Virus record (IMG/VR): IMGVR_UViG_3300013094_000025
Location: 33,938-97,937 of that record
Origin: a virus
Reading direction: 5' to 3' (one strand)
DNA length: 64,000 nucleotides
Both the position numbers and the translations under genes were made by a program. The notes beneath the pieces are model-generated. The model saw only the letters and a list, made by a program, of their open reading frames with translations. It did no database searches and was not told the DNA's origin. Positions 47,488-57,525 of this stretch are shown piece by piece; within the stretch, counting starts at the first letter, position 1, and every line of letters begins with the position of its first letter.

Positions 47488-50400
47488 ATGACTGTTTCTG
47501 CTACTCTTATTTCAGCTGTAGGTTTTAATAACTCAAATTTTACGCGTTATTTAACAGCTACCTTACTTACCTATGTACCAGGTACAAGTACAACGGTTTA
47601 CGGAAACGTTTTTAATAATCAAGTTATATCTTGGAACTTTCCTACATTTGCAACAGCCTATTCAGCAGCAAGTTTAGTACCTAGTAGTATATATCAATCA
47701 GGTGTAACAGCTACAGTAGCAAGTATTAGTACATTGTATTTTGCTTTTAGTGCAACATCGTATAATGATACAACAACAAGTTACACTCTTTGTTCTTTAC
47801 CTATTACATGTACGTTTGCTAGTAACGTAACCAGTTATACAAGCCCAACAGGTTATAATCAAATATTTGATACATTTCCTAATATTAATTTAGCTACTTA
47901 TATTAATTACGAAAGTACAAACAATTCACCTTTCTTTTATAGGTTAACATCAACAAACTCTTTTCCAGTAACTGCTTATTTTACATCCCCTTCATTTAAT
48001 AGTTTGATTGCTACAGCTCCTTTAGTACCGAGTTTATCAACAAATCTATACGGAGCTGTTGGTACAATCAATAATGTACTTACCGCATTTAGTAATTTAA
48101 CAGCGGTTCAAAAGTTTAATGCTAAATTAGTAGGGTTATCTAGTGTAGGTATTATTCTTACAGCTGTTTCAGGTACAAATAGTTTTGCTCCTTGGTATAC
48201 CCCTCACACGTTTACTCAAAATTTAAGTGTTAGTTTTGTACCGTATTATTTGTCTGCAGGATTTATAGGTTTTCCTGATACTGTTTTTTCTGGTTTTAAT
48301 GTATTACCGGTTAATAGTAGTAATTATACATCCCCGTCAGCTACTTTAACTTTCTTAGGTGAAGGTCATACAGCTAACATTACGTTATCTGCTATTAATG
48401 ACTCTCACGCCTCTTCTTATAGTTGGAATATTTTAGATAATACTTTTAATACTGGATTAATATCTTTATCAACTTTAACAACACAAACGTCAGCAGCTAC
48501 ATCTGTAAAAGGTTATGATTTTAATACAATTTATCAGTTTGTAAGTACATTAGGAGTACCAGCATCCAGTAGTATTACATCATCAGTAAGTGCATCTGAT
48601 GGAGATTACGCTACTAATACATGGACGGTTACATATAGTGGTTATCCAAATAATTTTAGTAATACTATTCTAACAAGTTATAGTACAATAACAGCATCAG
48701 TATCTACTACACCGGCAAATAGTAATATTATACCTATTACTTTACAATTATCTGATAACAAATATTTTGCTTTATCATCTAATCCTCCAATTGTTCAGTA
48801 TGATGACAATACCGGTAAACCTTCTTATTACCCTTTTTATACATCTACATTAGATACATTTGGTAATGAAGCAACAGCAACTAATAACGGATTTCATCAA
48901 TCAATAATAGTAACTACATATGATGTATCGTCTTATGTTTTATATGTTAATATACCAAATACATTTCCATCGTCAGTAATTCCATCTAATAATCAAGTTT
49001 ATTTACCTGTACCCTCTCAGCCTTTTACAAACAATTCTTTTGGTTCTCCAATTTATTATCAATCCTCTCTTACTAATATTAGTTCGGTAAATACCTTACC
49101 TTGTTATGATACAGCAGGGGGTAATTTATCGGGTAGTCTTTTCTGGACCTGGGCAGCTCTTTCTAGTACTGCTCTTAATAATCTTAATAAAACTACCTAC
49201 CCTTTATCTTCTCAAAGTGTAATTCCGTCATCATGGTCTATGACTCAATGCTTATCTACTGTTGTTTGGAACGGTACTGATTATCATACTCTTTCTACTG
49301 TAGTAACAGCTACGTCAGGTATGTTTGCTAAAACCTGGAGGTATCAAGGAGCAGGTATTAACGCTCCCGTTTCCCCTGTATCTCTTTTAGGAGGAGGTAT
49401 TACCTGGTCACTCATTACTAATAATTGGGTATATCCTACTGTACCTTATACTAATAACGCTACTACAACATTTAACTGGACACTACAATTATCAGGAGCA
49501 GGTACAGCAATAACTAATACAGGAGGTACAGTTCCATTATATCAAAATACACCGGTAACAGTTCAAGCTCAACAAACAATAACTGCTTCTGTACTAAGTG
49601 CAAATAATAATGTTAATTACGATTGGCAACCAAGAAATATTCTTATAACACCAAGTGTTACACTTACCTCTATAGGTCTACCGTTACCTACTGTTTATAC
49701 ACCAAACCGTTTTGTGTTAACAGGGAGTAATATACCTCTACAAAATGTTTCAACAAATTCAACATTTATAACTGCAGTTAGTATGTACTTCGATAATACA
49801 TTAGTTTCTGTTGTTACCGGTAATCCGTATAATAATACAATAGTGACAAGTAGTAGCTCTATAGGATATAAAAATGTAACATTAATATCAAACACTTACT
49901 ATCCTAATTTACCGGTAATCACATCTTCGTTTCCAAATATTGTCGATGTTGTTACCCAGTACGATGATGTTGAACCTATAGAATATAGATCATTAAATTC
50001 ACCAATTAGTTTACCTTGGACAGTAGCACCAAAGATAGGAGCTAATGATTGGGTAACTGATAATAATATTAATAGTTGTATTACTAAAATTTACGATAAT
50101 CTTGAGTATCTTAATATTCTCGGTAAGTCTTACTTTAGTAGCTATTCAGATTATTTTGGATATCTTTGCCCAATAAATTATTCTACAATTATTACTACCA
50201 CTACAGTAACAAGTAGTACTAATATTAATGTTGCATATTGCCCTCACTGGACTTGGGAAAATTTAAATACGGCAATTACACCTTCTAATAATATTACATG
50301 GACTAGCTTAAGCGGAACTAATGTTCCTTGCGGTACATGGTTGAATCAAACTTGCGGTTTTAATAATGCCACACCCTCCGTCACAACAGCTACTACCTCT

Positions 50401-51624
50401 ACTACAGCAACAACATTAACATCTATTCAAGGTACGTTATTCTGTAATGCCGGTAACTGGAATGTGAATATACCGGGCCTAGATGCAAATTACGGAACTG
50501 TTAACAATGGTAATTACGTTAATACAAATTGTATATACACAGGTATAATATCAAAAAATAACAATCTTTATACATCTCAGTCAACTCAAATTAACTTACT
50601 TTCATCCGATTATCTTGCCACAGTTTACTCTGTAAGAAATACCACAGATGGTAAAAAAACGTTCTCATCAATTGTTAATTTAAGTTTAGATTCTAATGGG
50701 AAGATTTTTGTTTTAGATAGTAATCTATCGCAAGTTGTTACATTAGTATCTGATACAAATAATAATTGGTACGAATTTAATAATTGGGGAGGATTTGGTT
50801 TTGCTTCTTCTAAATTTAAGTTTAACATGCCAGGAGATATTCACGTTGATCAGTTAGACAACGTTTGGGTATGTGACACAGGTAACAATGTTATTAAACA
50901 GTATACAAATACTGGTTCTTGGTTATTAACAATTAGCGATAGCAATTTAGCTAGTCACCCTCCTTTATCCCTTGCTGTAGATAGCCAAAAAAATGTTCAT
51001 GTATTAACTGTAGGAGGTATATTAGTTTACAACTACAATGGAGATTATCAATACACTTATAGCTATAGTTCTTACGCTTCTTCAACTAACCCTCGACGTA
51101 TTAATACTTCATATAATAGAGAAGTAATTTACGTAGCGTTTGATACACAAGTTTTAAAGTTCTTTAGAACAGGTACATTTAACGGTTATATCATTCAGTC
51201 ATTAGCTAACGTTACAAATATCAATAGCTTGTATCAAGACGAGTTCCGTAACTTATTAATTGTATCAGATAATATTATTTTAAAATTTCCTGATCTTATG
51301 CAGTTAACTACCCGTCAAAGTAGTTTACCAACACAATATTGGACATTAAACGATCTCTTAATTCATAAAGAAGAGTATGTTCAAAACTGGGTATATAATA
51401 AATCTTTTGAACGTCTCTGGGATAATATAGAATTATTTAGAAATGCTCTACAGTATTCCAGTGGTAACTGTTTGTCTTATACTGCACCTATTCATAGTAA
51501 GAATAAGATGATAATTGGTCAAAATGAAATAGTAACATCAACAACAGTTAATAGAGTATTAGGTTATCTTTGGGATAATTTCTATACACTTGTTAAATTC
51601 TTTGATCCTAACTGTATTAATTAA
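47488..51624 (+). CDS. large virion protein with C-terminal NHL-repeat propeller
   Basis: KFNMPGDIHVDQLDNVWVCDTGNNVIKQY NHL repeat; TAAATA at 47476-47481. Confidence 0.75.
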   Translation: MTVSATLISAVGFNNSNFTRYLTATLLTYVPGTSTTVYGNVFNNQVISWNFPTFATAYSAASLVPSSIYQSGVTATVASISTLYFAFSATSYNDTTTSYTLCSLPITCTFASNVTSYTSPTGYNQIFDTFPNINLATYINYESTNNSPFFYRLTSTNSFPVTAYFTSPSFNSLIATAPLVPSLSTNLYGAVGTINNVLTAFSNLTAVQKFNAKLVGLSSVGIILTAVSGTNSFAPWYTPHTFTQNLSVSFVPYYLSAGFIGFPDTVFSGFNVLPVNSSNYTSPSATLTFLGEGHTANITLSAINDSHASSYSWNILDNTFNTGLISLSTLTTQTSAATSVKGYDFNTIYQFVSTLGVPASSSITSSVSASDGDYATNTWTVTYSGYPNNFSNTILTSYSTITASVSTTPANSNIIPITLQLSDNKYFALSSNPPIVQYDDNTGKPSYYPFYTSTLDTFGNEATATNNGFHQSIIVTTYDVSSYVLYVNIPNTFPSSVIPSNNQVYLPVPSQPFTNNSFGSPIYYQSSLTNISSVNTLPCYDTAGGNLSGSLFWTWAALSSTALNNLNKTTYPLSSQSVIPSSWSMTQCLSTVVWNGTDYHTLSTVVTATSGMFAKTWRYQGAGINAPVSPVSLLGGGITWSLITNNWVYPTVPYTNNATTTFNWTLQLSGAGTAITNTGGTVPLYQNTPVTVQAQQTITASVLSANNNVNYDWQPRNILITPSVTLTSIGLPLPTVYTPNRFVLTGSNIPLQNVSTNSTFITAVSMYFDNTLVSVVTGNPYNNTIVTSSSSIGYKNVTLISNTYYPNLPVITSSFPNIVDVVTQYDDVEPIEYRSLNSPISLPWTVAPKIGANDWVTDNNINSCITKIYDNLEYLNILGKSYFSSYSDYFGYLCPINYSTIITTTTVTSSTNINVAYCPHWTWENLNTAITPSNNITWTSLSGTNVPCGTWLNQTCGFNNATPSVTTATTSTTATTLTSIQGTLFCNAGNWNVNIPGLDANYGTVNNGNYVNTNCIYTGIISKNNNLYTSQSTQINLLSSDYLATVYSVRNTTDGKKTFSSIVNLSLDSNGKIFVLDSNLSQVVTLVSDTNNNWYEFNNWGGFGFASSKFKFNMPGDIHVDQLDNVWVCDTGNNVIKQYTNTGSWLLTISDSNLASHPPLSLAVDSQKNVHVLTVGGILVYNYNGDYQYTYSYSSYASSTNPRRINTSYNREVIYVAFDTQVLKFFRTGTFNGYIIQSLANVTNINSLYQDEFRNLLIVSDNIILKFPDLMQLTTRQSSLPTQYWTLNDLLIHKEEYVQNWVYNKSFERLWDNIELFRNALQYSSGNCLSYTAPIHSKNKMIIGQNEIVTSTTVNRVLGYLWDNFYTLVKFFDPNCIN

Positions 51625-51649
51625 AAAAGACTAATAAATAATTTAAATC

Positions 51650-52066
51650 ATGGCAACACTTATCCCTCCTAATAATATACCAGCCACAGATTGTATTGGT
51701 AATTCGTTAACGACTATTAACGGCAATTTTAATATTTTATTTGAAGATATACAAAACGTACAAACATCATTATCATTTCCCGCTTCTTTAAAAACAAACG
51801 GTTATCAAAAACTACCTAGCGGCTTAATTATGCAGTGGGGTACAGGTAATATCCCCGGCCCTACAGGTCTTGCAGTTACATTCCCCATACCGTTCCCGAA
51901 TGCTTGTTTAAACGTATCTGTCACTAAGCATGTATTTAGTGGCACTACATTAACTGATCAAAATCAACCAGTAGTAGTAGGAGCACCTTCTTTAACAAAA
52001 GTTAGTTTTGATAATTCAATTGGTACAAGTGCTACCCCAATATATTGGTTTGCTATTGGTTACTAA
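51650..52066 (+). CDS. small fibre protein: CIGNSL anchor plus tail-fibre tip domain
   Basis: NGYQKLPSGLIMQWG...VTFPIPFPNAC...YWFAIGY. Confidence 0.8.
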   Translation: MATLIPPNNIPATDCIGNSLTTINGNFNILFEDIQNVQTSLSFPASLKTNGYQKLPSGLIMQWGTGNIPGPTGLAVTFPIPFPNACLNVSVTKHVFSGTTLTDQNQPVVVGAPSLTKVSFDNSIGTSATPIYWFAIGY

Positions 52067-52121
52067 AAAATATAAAAACTAACAGGAAAAAACGACAATT
52101 TAGAATAAATATAATTACAAT

Positions 52122-52922
52122 ATGAACAACCCTCTCTCAGATATCTATTCAAATAAAGTTCTTCTTTCCGAAAAGAAAGAAGGAGTCGCTGCCGAAAAGA
52201 ACAAAATGAAAATTGTTCCAGGTAACAAGGTCGATGAAATCGAGCCCCTTGCTAAGGGCCGCGGAGCTGAAATGGATGCTAAGAAGGGCTATCTTAAGAA
52301 GGTTAAGAACAACCCAGCATTCTCCTCAACAAAGGGAATGAAAGGAAAAAGCATAGAAGAAAATATGAATACAAATAACAAATACGAAGGAGCTTTTGAA
52401 AGACTCTTTAAATCCACCCTCATTAATGAAGAAGACGAAATGAGTGACGTTGGCGCTCAACATGAAGTTGAAGATCACGCCGATGAAATGCCTACATCTA
52501 ACGATGAAATGAGTGACGAACTCGGTGAACACGAAGATGAAGCAGACGATCTCGTTTCCGATATCAAGGCTGTAATCGATAGCCTTCATTCCATCCTCGA
52601 TAAGCTCTCCGAGCACGAGGCTGAAGAAGGACACGATATGGAAGCTGAAGAAGGTGGAGCAGGAGAGGGAGAAGAAGAACCTTTTGAGGAAGCTACAGAT
52701 CTCAAAGCATTACCTGACACAGCTGGAAAACAGTTTGTTGGACCTAAGGGCAAGATTGACGTTCATGGCGTTAAGACTGTCAAGGGCAAGGCTATGGATG
52801 GTAATGTCGAAAATGATCCAGAACCAAAAGCTTTCTCAGGTAATCGTAAAGAGCTTGAGAACACTAAGAAGTTCAATCCAAGAACTTCAAAGATCAAGAT
52901 CGGCGATTTCTTCAATCAGTAA
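52122..52922 (+). CDS. abundant acidic prohead-core/internal head protein (putative)
   Basis: Strong codon bias like gp22/gp23; E/D-rich centre; several L-x-E sites; own late promoter and terminator. Confidence 0.6.
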   Translation: MNNPLSDIYSNKVLLSEKKEGVAAEKNKMKIVPGNKVDEIEPLAKGRGAEMDAKKGYLKKVKNNPAFSSTKGMKGKSIEENMNTNNKYEGAFERLFKSTLINEEDEMSDVGAQHEVEDHADEMPTSNDEMSDELGEHEDEADDLVSDIKAVIDSLHSILDKLSEHEAEEGHDMEAEEGGAGEGEEEPFEEATDLKALPDTAGKQFVGPKGKIDVHGVKTVKGKAMDGNVENDPEPKAFSGNRKELENTKKFNPRTSKIKIGDFFNQ

Positions 52923-52946
52923 GAAGTAATACTTCCAAGATTTCAG

Positions 52947-52978
52947 ATAGCCCCTAGCGATAGGGGCTATTTCTATTT
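52947..52978 (+). terminator. rho-independent terminator
   Basis: ATAGCCCCTA-GCGA-TAGGGGCTAT then TTCTATTT. Confidence 0.85.
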
Positions 52979-53001
52979 AACAATTTAGCTTAAATACTAT
53001 T

Positions 53002-53586
53002 ATGAATCTGTTTGAAAAAGAATTTAAAGATGGTTATTTAAAATATCATCACAACCCTATCCCGCCAAATTCTCTGGACCCTAGAGTGTTTTATAATGGT
53101 GATGAAGGTGGTGACCCTAAGATGTTACCTGAAGTTAAATTACAAATTATTCAGGATATTGATTCAATTAATTCTGCTGAAAATGAATCTGTTAAGACAA
53201 GAGTTAATGATTATGTAGTTGTCGGTCCTATTTTAAAGTCAGGTAGTTCTAAATTTTGTCCAATAACAGTTATTGTTAGACTCAATACTACTAATTTAGA
53301 TGATGTGCTTAAAGAGCGTATATTGAGTACAATGAATATGATTAACGATAGAAGAGCACCAGGCACTACTCATCCTATTCATTATATACCAACTATTAGA
53401 GAATTTGATTTAGAATCCTATGAAAGCGTCTATCATCCTTTTTATGAGAAATGGATCAAGAAGCCTCGTTTCTTAGGAGAAGCAAAACACGATTTAGATA
53501 CATTAAACGATCCTTCTAAGTATAAAAAGAAAACATATAAGAAAGCTTATCCTTTAAAAGGTTTTAGAAAATTAGGTAAGATGTAA
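53002..53586 (+). CDS. hypothetical late protein, possibly degenerate nucleotidyltransferase fold
   Basis: KMLPEVKLQI...DYVVVGPI....CPITVIV pattern; TAAATA at 52991-52996. Confidence 0.6.
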   Translation: MNLFEKEFKDGYLKYHHNPIPPNSLDPRVFYNGDEGGDPKMLPEVKLQIIQDIDSINSAENESVKTRVNDYVVVGPILKSGSSKFCPITVIVRLNTTNLDDVLKERILSTMNMINDRRAPGTTHPIHYIPTIREFDLESYESVYHPFYEKWIKKPRFLGEAKHDLDTLNDPSKYKKKTYKKAYPLKGFRKLGKM

Positions 53587-53587
53587 T

Positions 53588-54283
53588 ATGGAACAAGTTC
53601 GTTATCTTAATAAAAACGGTACCACTCAAGAGCGTCTTAACTTTAGTGGTTGGTGGTACGAACAAATTCAACACTATGGTGTTCAGGTAAATTATTACAC
53701 AAACGGTTATCAGTTATCAGCTCAAAATTATCTTTACGGAGAAGATCCTACTGCTACTTACATAGAGACAGGCCCAGTTGTAATGTTAACAGACATTACT
53801 AATGACGCTATAATGTTATCAAAATTCGGTATTATGGCTGATTGTGACATGACAGCCGTTATACACTTGTCAGGTTTTTGGAAAACATTTGGCCCAGGTA
53901 GAGAACCAAAGTCAGGGGACCTTATTGAATTACAAGAATATGGTGGTTATGGTGATAGACCAGATGGAAGAGGTGCTCCAATTTATGAAGTAACCGAGCG
54001 TGATGATGAAAACTTAGCAATGAATGCTAACACTCTTATGGGTCACTATATATGGGTTATCAAGTGTCGCCGTTGGGAAGGCTCAAACGAACCTGGAGCT
54101 CCTCACGAACCTGTCAATACTCAAATCAACGATGCCGGGGAATACGGTATATTACCAGGCGGTGTCAGTACACCAGACCTTGTTCAGCCCTATCCTGATT
54201 CAGCTAATACTGAAGGCGAACAAGTATTTGATCAGGATCAAGCTAATGAACAAGGTAGTCCGTATGGCTATTACGGTTTATAA
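53588..54283 (+). CDS. neck protein (T4 gp14-like)
   Basis: EQIQHYGVQVNY, LYGEDP, LSKFGI, EPKSGDLI. Confidence 0.8.
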   Translation: MEQVRYLNKNGTTQERLNFSGWWYEQIQHYGVQVNYYTNGYQLSAQNYLYGEDPTATYIETGPVVMLTDITNDAIMLSKFGIMADCDMTAVIHLSGFWKTFGPGREPKSGDLIELQEYGGYGDRPDGRGAPIYEVTERDDENLAMNANTLMGHYIWVIKCRRWEGSNEPGAPHEPVNTQINDAGEYGILPGGVSTPDLVQPYPDSANTEGEQVFDQDQANEQGSPYGYYGL

Positions 54284-54302
54284 AAAGATTAAATAACTAC
54301 AT

Positions 54303-55190
54303 ATGAACGTACTCCCTAGGTATACACAAGGCTCTACTAATCTCAATCATAAGATTGCTAGTTACGATGCCCTCGCTTTAAGAGTTCGTCGTCAGTTAGG
54401 TGAACCGTTAGTACAGGTAGAAATCTCTAATGAACAAATTTATGACAATATAGCTATTGCTATGGAGTACTTCACTAAGTACGCCGGTTACACAGAAGAG
54501 TATTTACTGTTTCCGTCAACAAAATACATATCAGGAGTTGGTTTAGATGTTGCTACATTGATTAATATAACCCCGGAAATGTATACAACTACAATGGGGA
54601 CAGCCATGTCAGCAACAACATCTCCAGGGTTATCGGGTGGTTGGGATTTTGATTTAGAATCTTATAGAAGAGTATTAGATTGTTTTGCTTTCAATTACGG
54701 AGAAACAACAGGTATTAATACTTTGTTTACTTTAGAGCAAGCTATGGCTCAACAAATTTACTCTTCATATATGATTGGTAACTTTGGTTTTGATCTTCAG
54801 TCCTGGGAAGTATTAAAAGACTTCATTAAAGTTCGTGATAAAGTATTAGCACAAGTTCCTCACTTCCGTTTTGATCCAAAGACTCAAATTCTTAGAATTA
54901 TACCTGAACCTATTCCTGCTAACCAGTATCTAGGTATTGTAGGTTGTTACTTGGAAAGACCGATTAAAGATCTTATCAACGAACGTTGGATCTTTAGATA
55001 TGTTTTAGCTCTATCGAAACTAAGTGTTGCTAACGTTAGAGGTAAATTCTCTGGTACTGGTCTTTTCGCTGGAGGTTCAGTTAATGCTGGTGACTTTATG
55101 CAACAAGGTATTGAGGAAAGAAATAGACTTGAAGAAGAATTAAAGAAAGAAAACGAAGACGTAATGCCACCGATGTGGTTTATTGGATAA
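54303..55190 (+). CDS. neck protein (T4 gp13-like)
   Basis: RQLGEPLVQVEI, WIFRYVLALSK, RGKF, GGSVN, C-terminal PMWFIG. Confidence 0.85.
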   Translation: MNVLPRYTQGSTNLNHKIASYDALALRVRRQLGEPLVQVEISNEQIYDNIAIAMEYFTKYAGYTEEYLLFPSTKYISGVGLDVATLINITPEMYTTTMGTAMSATTSPGLSGGWDFDLESYRRVLDCFAFNYGETTGINTLFTLEQAMAQQIYSSYMIGNFGFDLQSWEVLKDFIKVRDKVLAQVPHFRFDPKTQILRIIPEPIPANQYLGIVGCYLERPIKDLINERWIFRYVLALSKLSVANVRGKFSGTGLFAGGSVNAGDFMQQGIEERNRLEEELKKENEDVMPPMWFIG

Positions 55191-55198
55191 TTATTTTT

Positions 55199-55501
55199 AT
55201 GAACTTTGAATTAATTGTTGAACAAATATTAGAAGAAGGTGGCCCTAGTCTTTCTATTAAGAGAGGTGAAAAGCTTCCTGTAAGTCGTGGAGGTGGTTTA
55301 ACAGCTAAGGGAAGAGCGAAGTACAATCGTGCTACTGGCTCTCATCTTAAGGCTCCAGTAACTGGTAAAGTAAAGAAAGGTTCAAAAGCTTCTAAACGTA
55401 GGAAGAGCTTTTGTGCTAGAAGTAAAGCTTGGATACCTGCAGGAGGTTGCGCTGGTAAAGACACTAGAGGATGTGCTGCAAGAAGACGTTGGAAGTGTTA
55501 A
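55199..55501 (+). CDS. small basic phage protein (GGLTAKGR...RRKSFCAR family)
   Basis: GGLTAKGRAKYNRATGSHLKAP...KRRKSFCAR...RRWKC, a widespread phage motif. Confidence 0.8.
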   Translation: MNFELIVEQILEEGGPSLSIKRGEKLPVSRGGGLTAKGRAKYNRATGSHLKAPVTGKVKKGSKASKRRKSFCARSKAWIPAGGCAGKDTRGCAARRRWKC

Positions 55502-55951
55502 GTGAACAGAAGACGTACAGTTAGGTTTAAACAGGGTCTCTTTAAGCCTAGTAACCCGGACAAGTATAAAGGCACCCATCCCATCATATACAGATCTTCA
55601 TACGAATTACGTTTTATGAGATGGGCTGATCATAACCCTGCTATTACTTCTTGGGGATCAGAATCTATAGTTATACCTTATCAGAATCCTTTAACAGGAA
55701 GAGTATCTCGATACTTTGTCGATAATAATATTACTATAAAAGCTAAAGATGGTACAACTAAAAAATACCTAATAGAAATTAAACCATCTATTCAAACTTT
55801 ACCTCCCAAGGCAACAAGAAATACAAAATCCTTAATGCGTAAACAAGCCGAGTATATAAAGAATAGAGCTAAGTGGGAAGCAGCTAGTCAGTGGGCTAAG
55901 AAAAAGAATTATGAGTTTACAATTATTACCGAGAAGCACTTAGGTTTATAA
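55502..55951 (+). CDS. head completion nuclease (T4 gp4-like)
   Basis: FKPSNPDKYKG, YRSSYE, WGSE, RYFVD, IEIKP, NRAKWEAA, ITE. Confidence 0.92.
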   Translation: MNRRRTVRFKQGLFKPSNPDKYKGTHPIIYRSSYELRFMRWADHNPAITSWGSESIVIPYQNPLTGRVSRYFVDNNITIKAKDGTTKKYLIEIKPSIQTLPPKATRNTKSLMRKQAEYIKNRAKWEAASQWAKKKNYEFTIITEKHLGL

Positions 55952-56776
55952 ATGATTATTAGAGTTATGATAACCTTGACCAATAATAATGTTATCAGGT
56001 AAAGGTTCTTCTTTCTTTTTAGGTTCTTTAACTTCTTTTAGCATACTACCTGTTAAAGCTATATTAAGTGCTAATACTAAACTAACTGACAATGGATCAA
56101 AGACTGATACAAGAATTAAAATAAACCATTTAACAACAGTATCTAAAGGTGCATTAAAAGATTTAGCAACAAACTTAAATGTGCCAATATCATTTGCTTT
56201 ACTAGTATCAGTTTTAAGAGATATAATTTCATTATCTTTTTCAAACTTTGTTGTTTGTAACGATTGAAGTCTACCAGTTAAGTTAGTAATTTCGTCACTT
56301 GACTTCTTAATGTCATCGTAAATAGGTTTAGCAGCCCTTGAGGATAAATCTGGTAATCTTTTTTCTTGAGATTTTCGAGCTGCATTCAGCGTATCGATAC
56401 GACTCTGAATACTAACAATTTCTTCATTAACAGATTGCTTTTGATTTTCTATTAATGCTATTTTATTATCATCTAAAGAATTTTTAGAAGCATTCTTTTG
56501 ATAAGCTGAAGATAGATAACCAAAAATACCAGCTGAAGTAATAACCATTAATATACCTACAGCTATAAGAAGATAGGTTATAAGAAAGATATTTGTCTTA
56601 TTCCAATAACGATAAAGGAATGATGTTGCAATAAGTTTAGCAAATTCTAACGCCCCAGCCATAATCATAACTTGGTAGTAACACCCTGAAAACAAAGATG
56701 CTATACCTAATACTGAAAAAAAAGCAGCACTACCGGCAACCAATAATGATGAAAGACTTAACAATATAATAAACAT
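55946..56776 (-). CDS. membrane protein with three N-terminal TM helices, coiled coil and C-terminal TM
   Basis: AAFFSVLG, LEFAKL, TSAGIFGYLS, VFDPL; minus-strand TAAATA at 56785-56790; start at 56776. Confidence 0.8.
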   Translation of the reverse strand: MFIILLSLSSLLVAGSAAFFSVLGIASLFSGCYYQVMIMAGALEFAKLIATSFLYRYWNKTNIFLITYLLIAVGILMVITSAGIFGYLSSAYQKNASKNSLDDNKIALIENQKQSVNEEIVSIQSRIDTLNAARKSQEKRLPDLSSRAAKPIYDDIKKSSDEITNLTGRLQSLQTTKFEKDNEIISLKTDTSKANDIGTFKFVAKSFNAPLDTVVKWFILILVSVFDPLSVSLVLALNIALTGSMLKEVKEPKKKEEPLPDNIIIGQGYHNSNNHL

Positions 56777-56784
56777 GATTACAG

Positions 56785-56830
56785 TATTTATTGATTTTAA
56801 CCGAGAAAACGGGACAGGCCGGTATAAATA
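56785..56830. promoter_or_regulatory. divergent late promoters
   Basis: Perfect T4 late consensus TATAAATA on + (56823-56830); TAAATA on - (56785-56790). Confidence 0.75.
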
Positions 56831-56842
56831 ATTGTAACACAT

Positions 56843-57517
56843 ATGGGACTCAAATTTTTAGTCGAAGACATTAATGACGATATTGACTTCTTAATCGAAG
56901 AGAAAAATCGTCAAGGTGAACAAAAAGTATTCATTACTGGCCCTTTCTTAATGGCCGAAGAGAAGAATCAAAACGGCCGTATCTACAAATTAGATGAAAT
57001 GGTTAAGGAAGTTAATCGTTACACTACTGACATGGTCAAGTCTCGTAGAGCAATTGGTGAAATGAATCACCCACAGTCTACAGAAGTTAACCCTGTTAAT
57101 GCCTGTCACCTTGTTACAGAATTAACACAGAAAGGCAATTATTTTTATGGTAAGTCTCAGGTTTTAAATACACCTATGGGACTTCTTCTCAAGTCTCTTA
57201 TTCAAGATAATATCAAGATGGGTATTAGTTCCAGAGCTTTAGGTAATGTAAATGAGTCTGGAGATGCTAAACATGTATCTAATTTTCATCTTATCTGCTT
57301 AGACGTTGTTCATCAACCTTCAGTACAGAGTGCTATGTTAGAGTCCATTATGGAATCTAAAGAGTGGATGATTACACCAGATGGTAAGATTGTTGAAGCT
57401 GCTGTTAAGGCTTATAAAGCTTTACAGGAGAATCTTCGTAACTTACCTAAACACGAAACCGATATTTTCTTAAAAGAGTCCTTGATGTCCTTCATCAAGT
57501 TGCTTAAGTCAGCTTAA
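56843..57517 (+). CDS. gp21: prohead protease (T4 gp21-like)
   Basis: KNQNGRIY, GEMNHP (His), TPMG, GISSRALG (Ser), DVVHQPS. Confidence 0.95.
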   Translation: MGLKFLVEDINDDIDFLIEEKNRQGEQKVFITGPFLMAEEKNQNGRIYKLDEMVKEVNRYTTDMVKSRRAIGEMNHPQSTEVNPVNACHLVTELTQKGNYFYGKSQVLNTPMGLLLKSLIQDNIKMGISSRALGNVNESGDAKHVSNFHLICLDVVHQPSVQSAMLESIMESKEWMITPDGKIVEAAVKAYKALQENLRNLPKHETDIFLKESLMSFIKLLKSA

Positions 57518-57525
57518 TTAACAAT

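Noticed and set aside
33530-51624. N-glycosylation inferred from many N-x-S/T sequons
   Set aside because: Expected from the very high Asn/Ser/Thr content; cannot be distinguished from background without counting.
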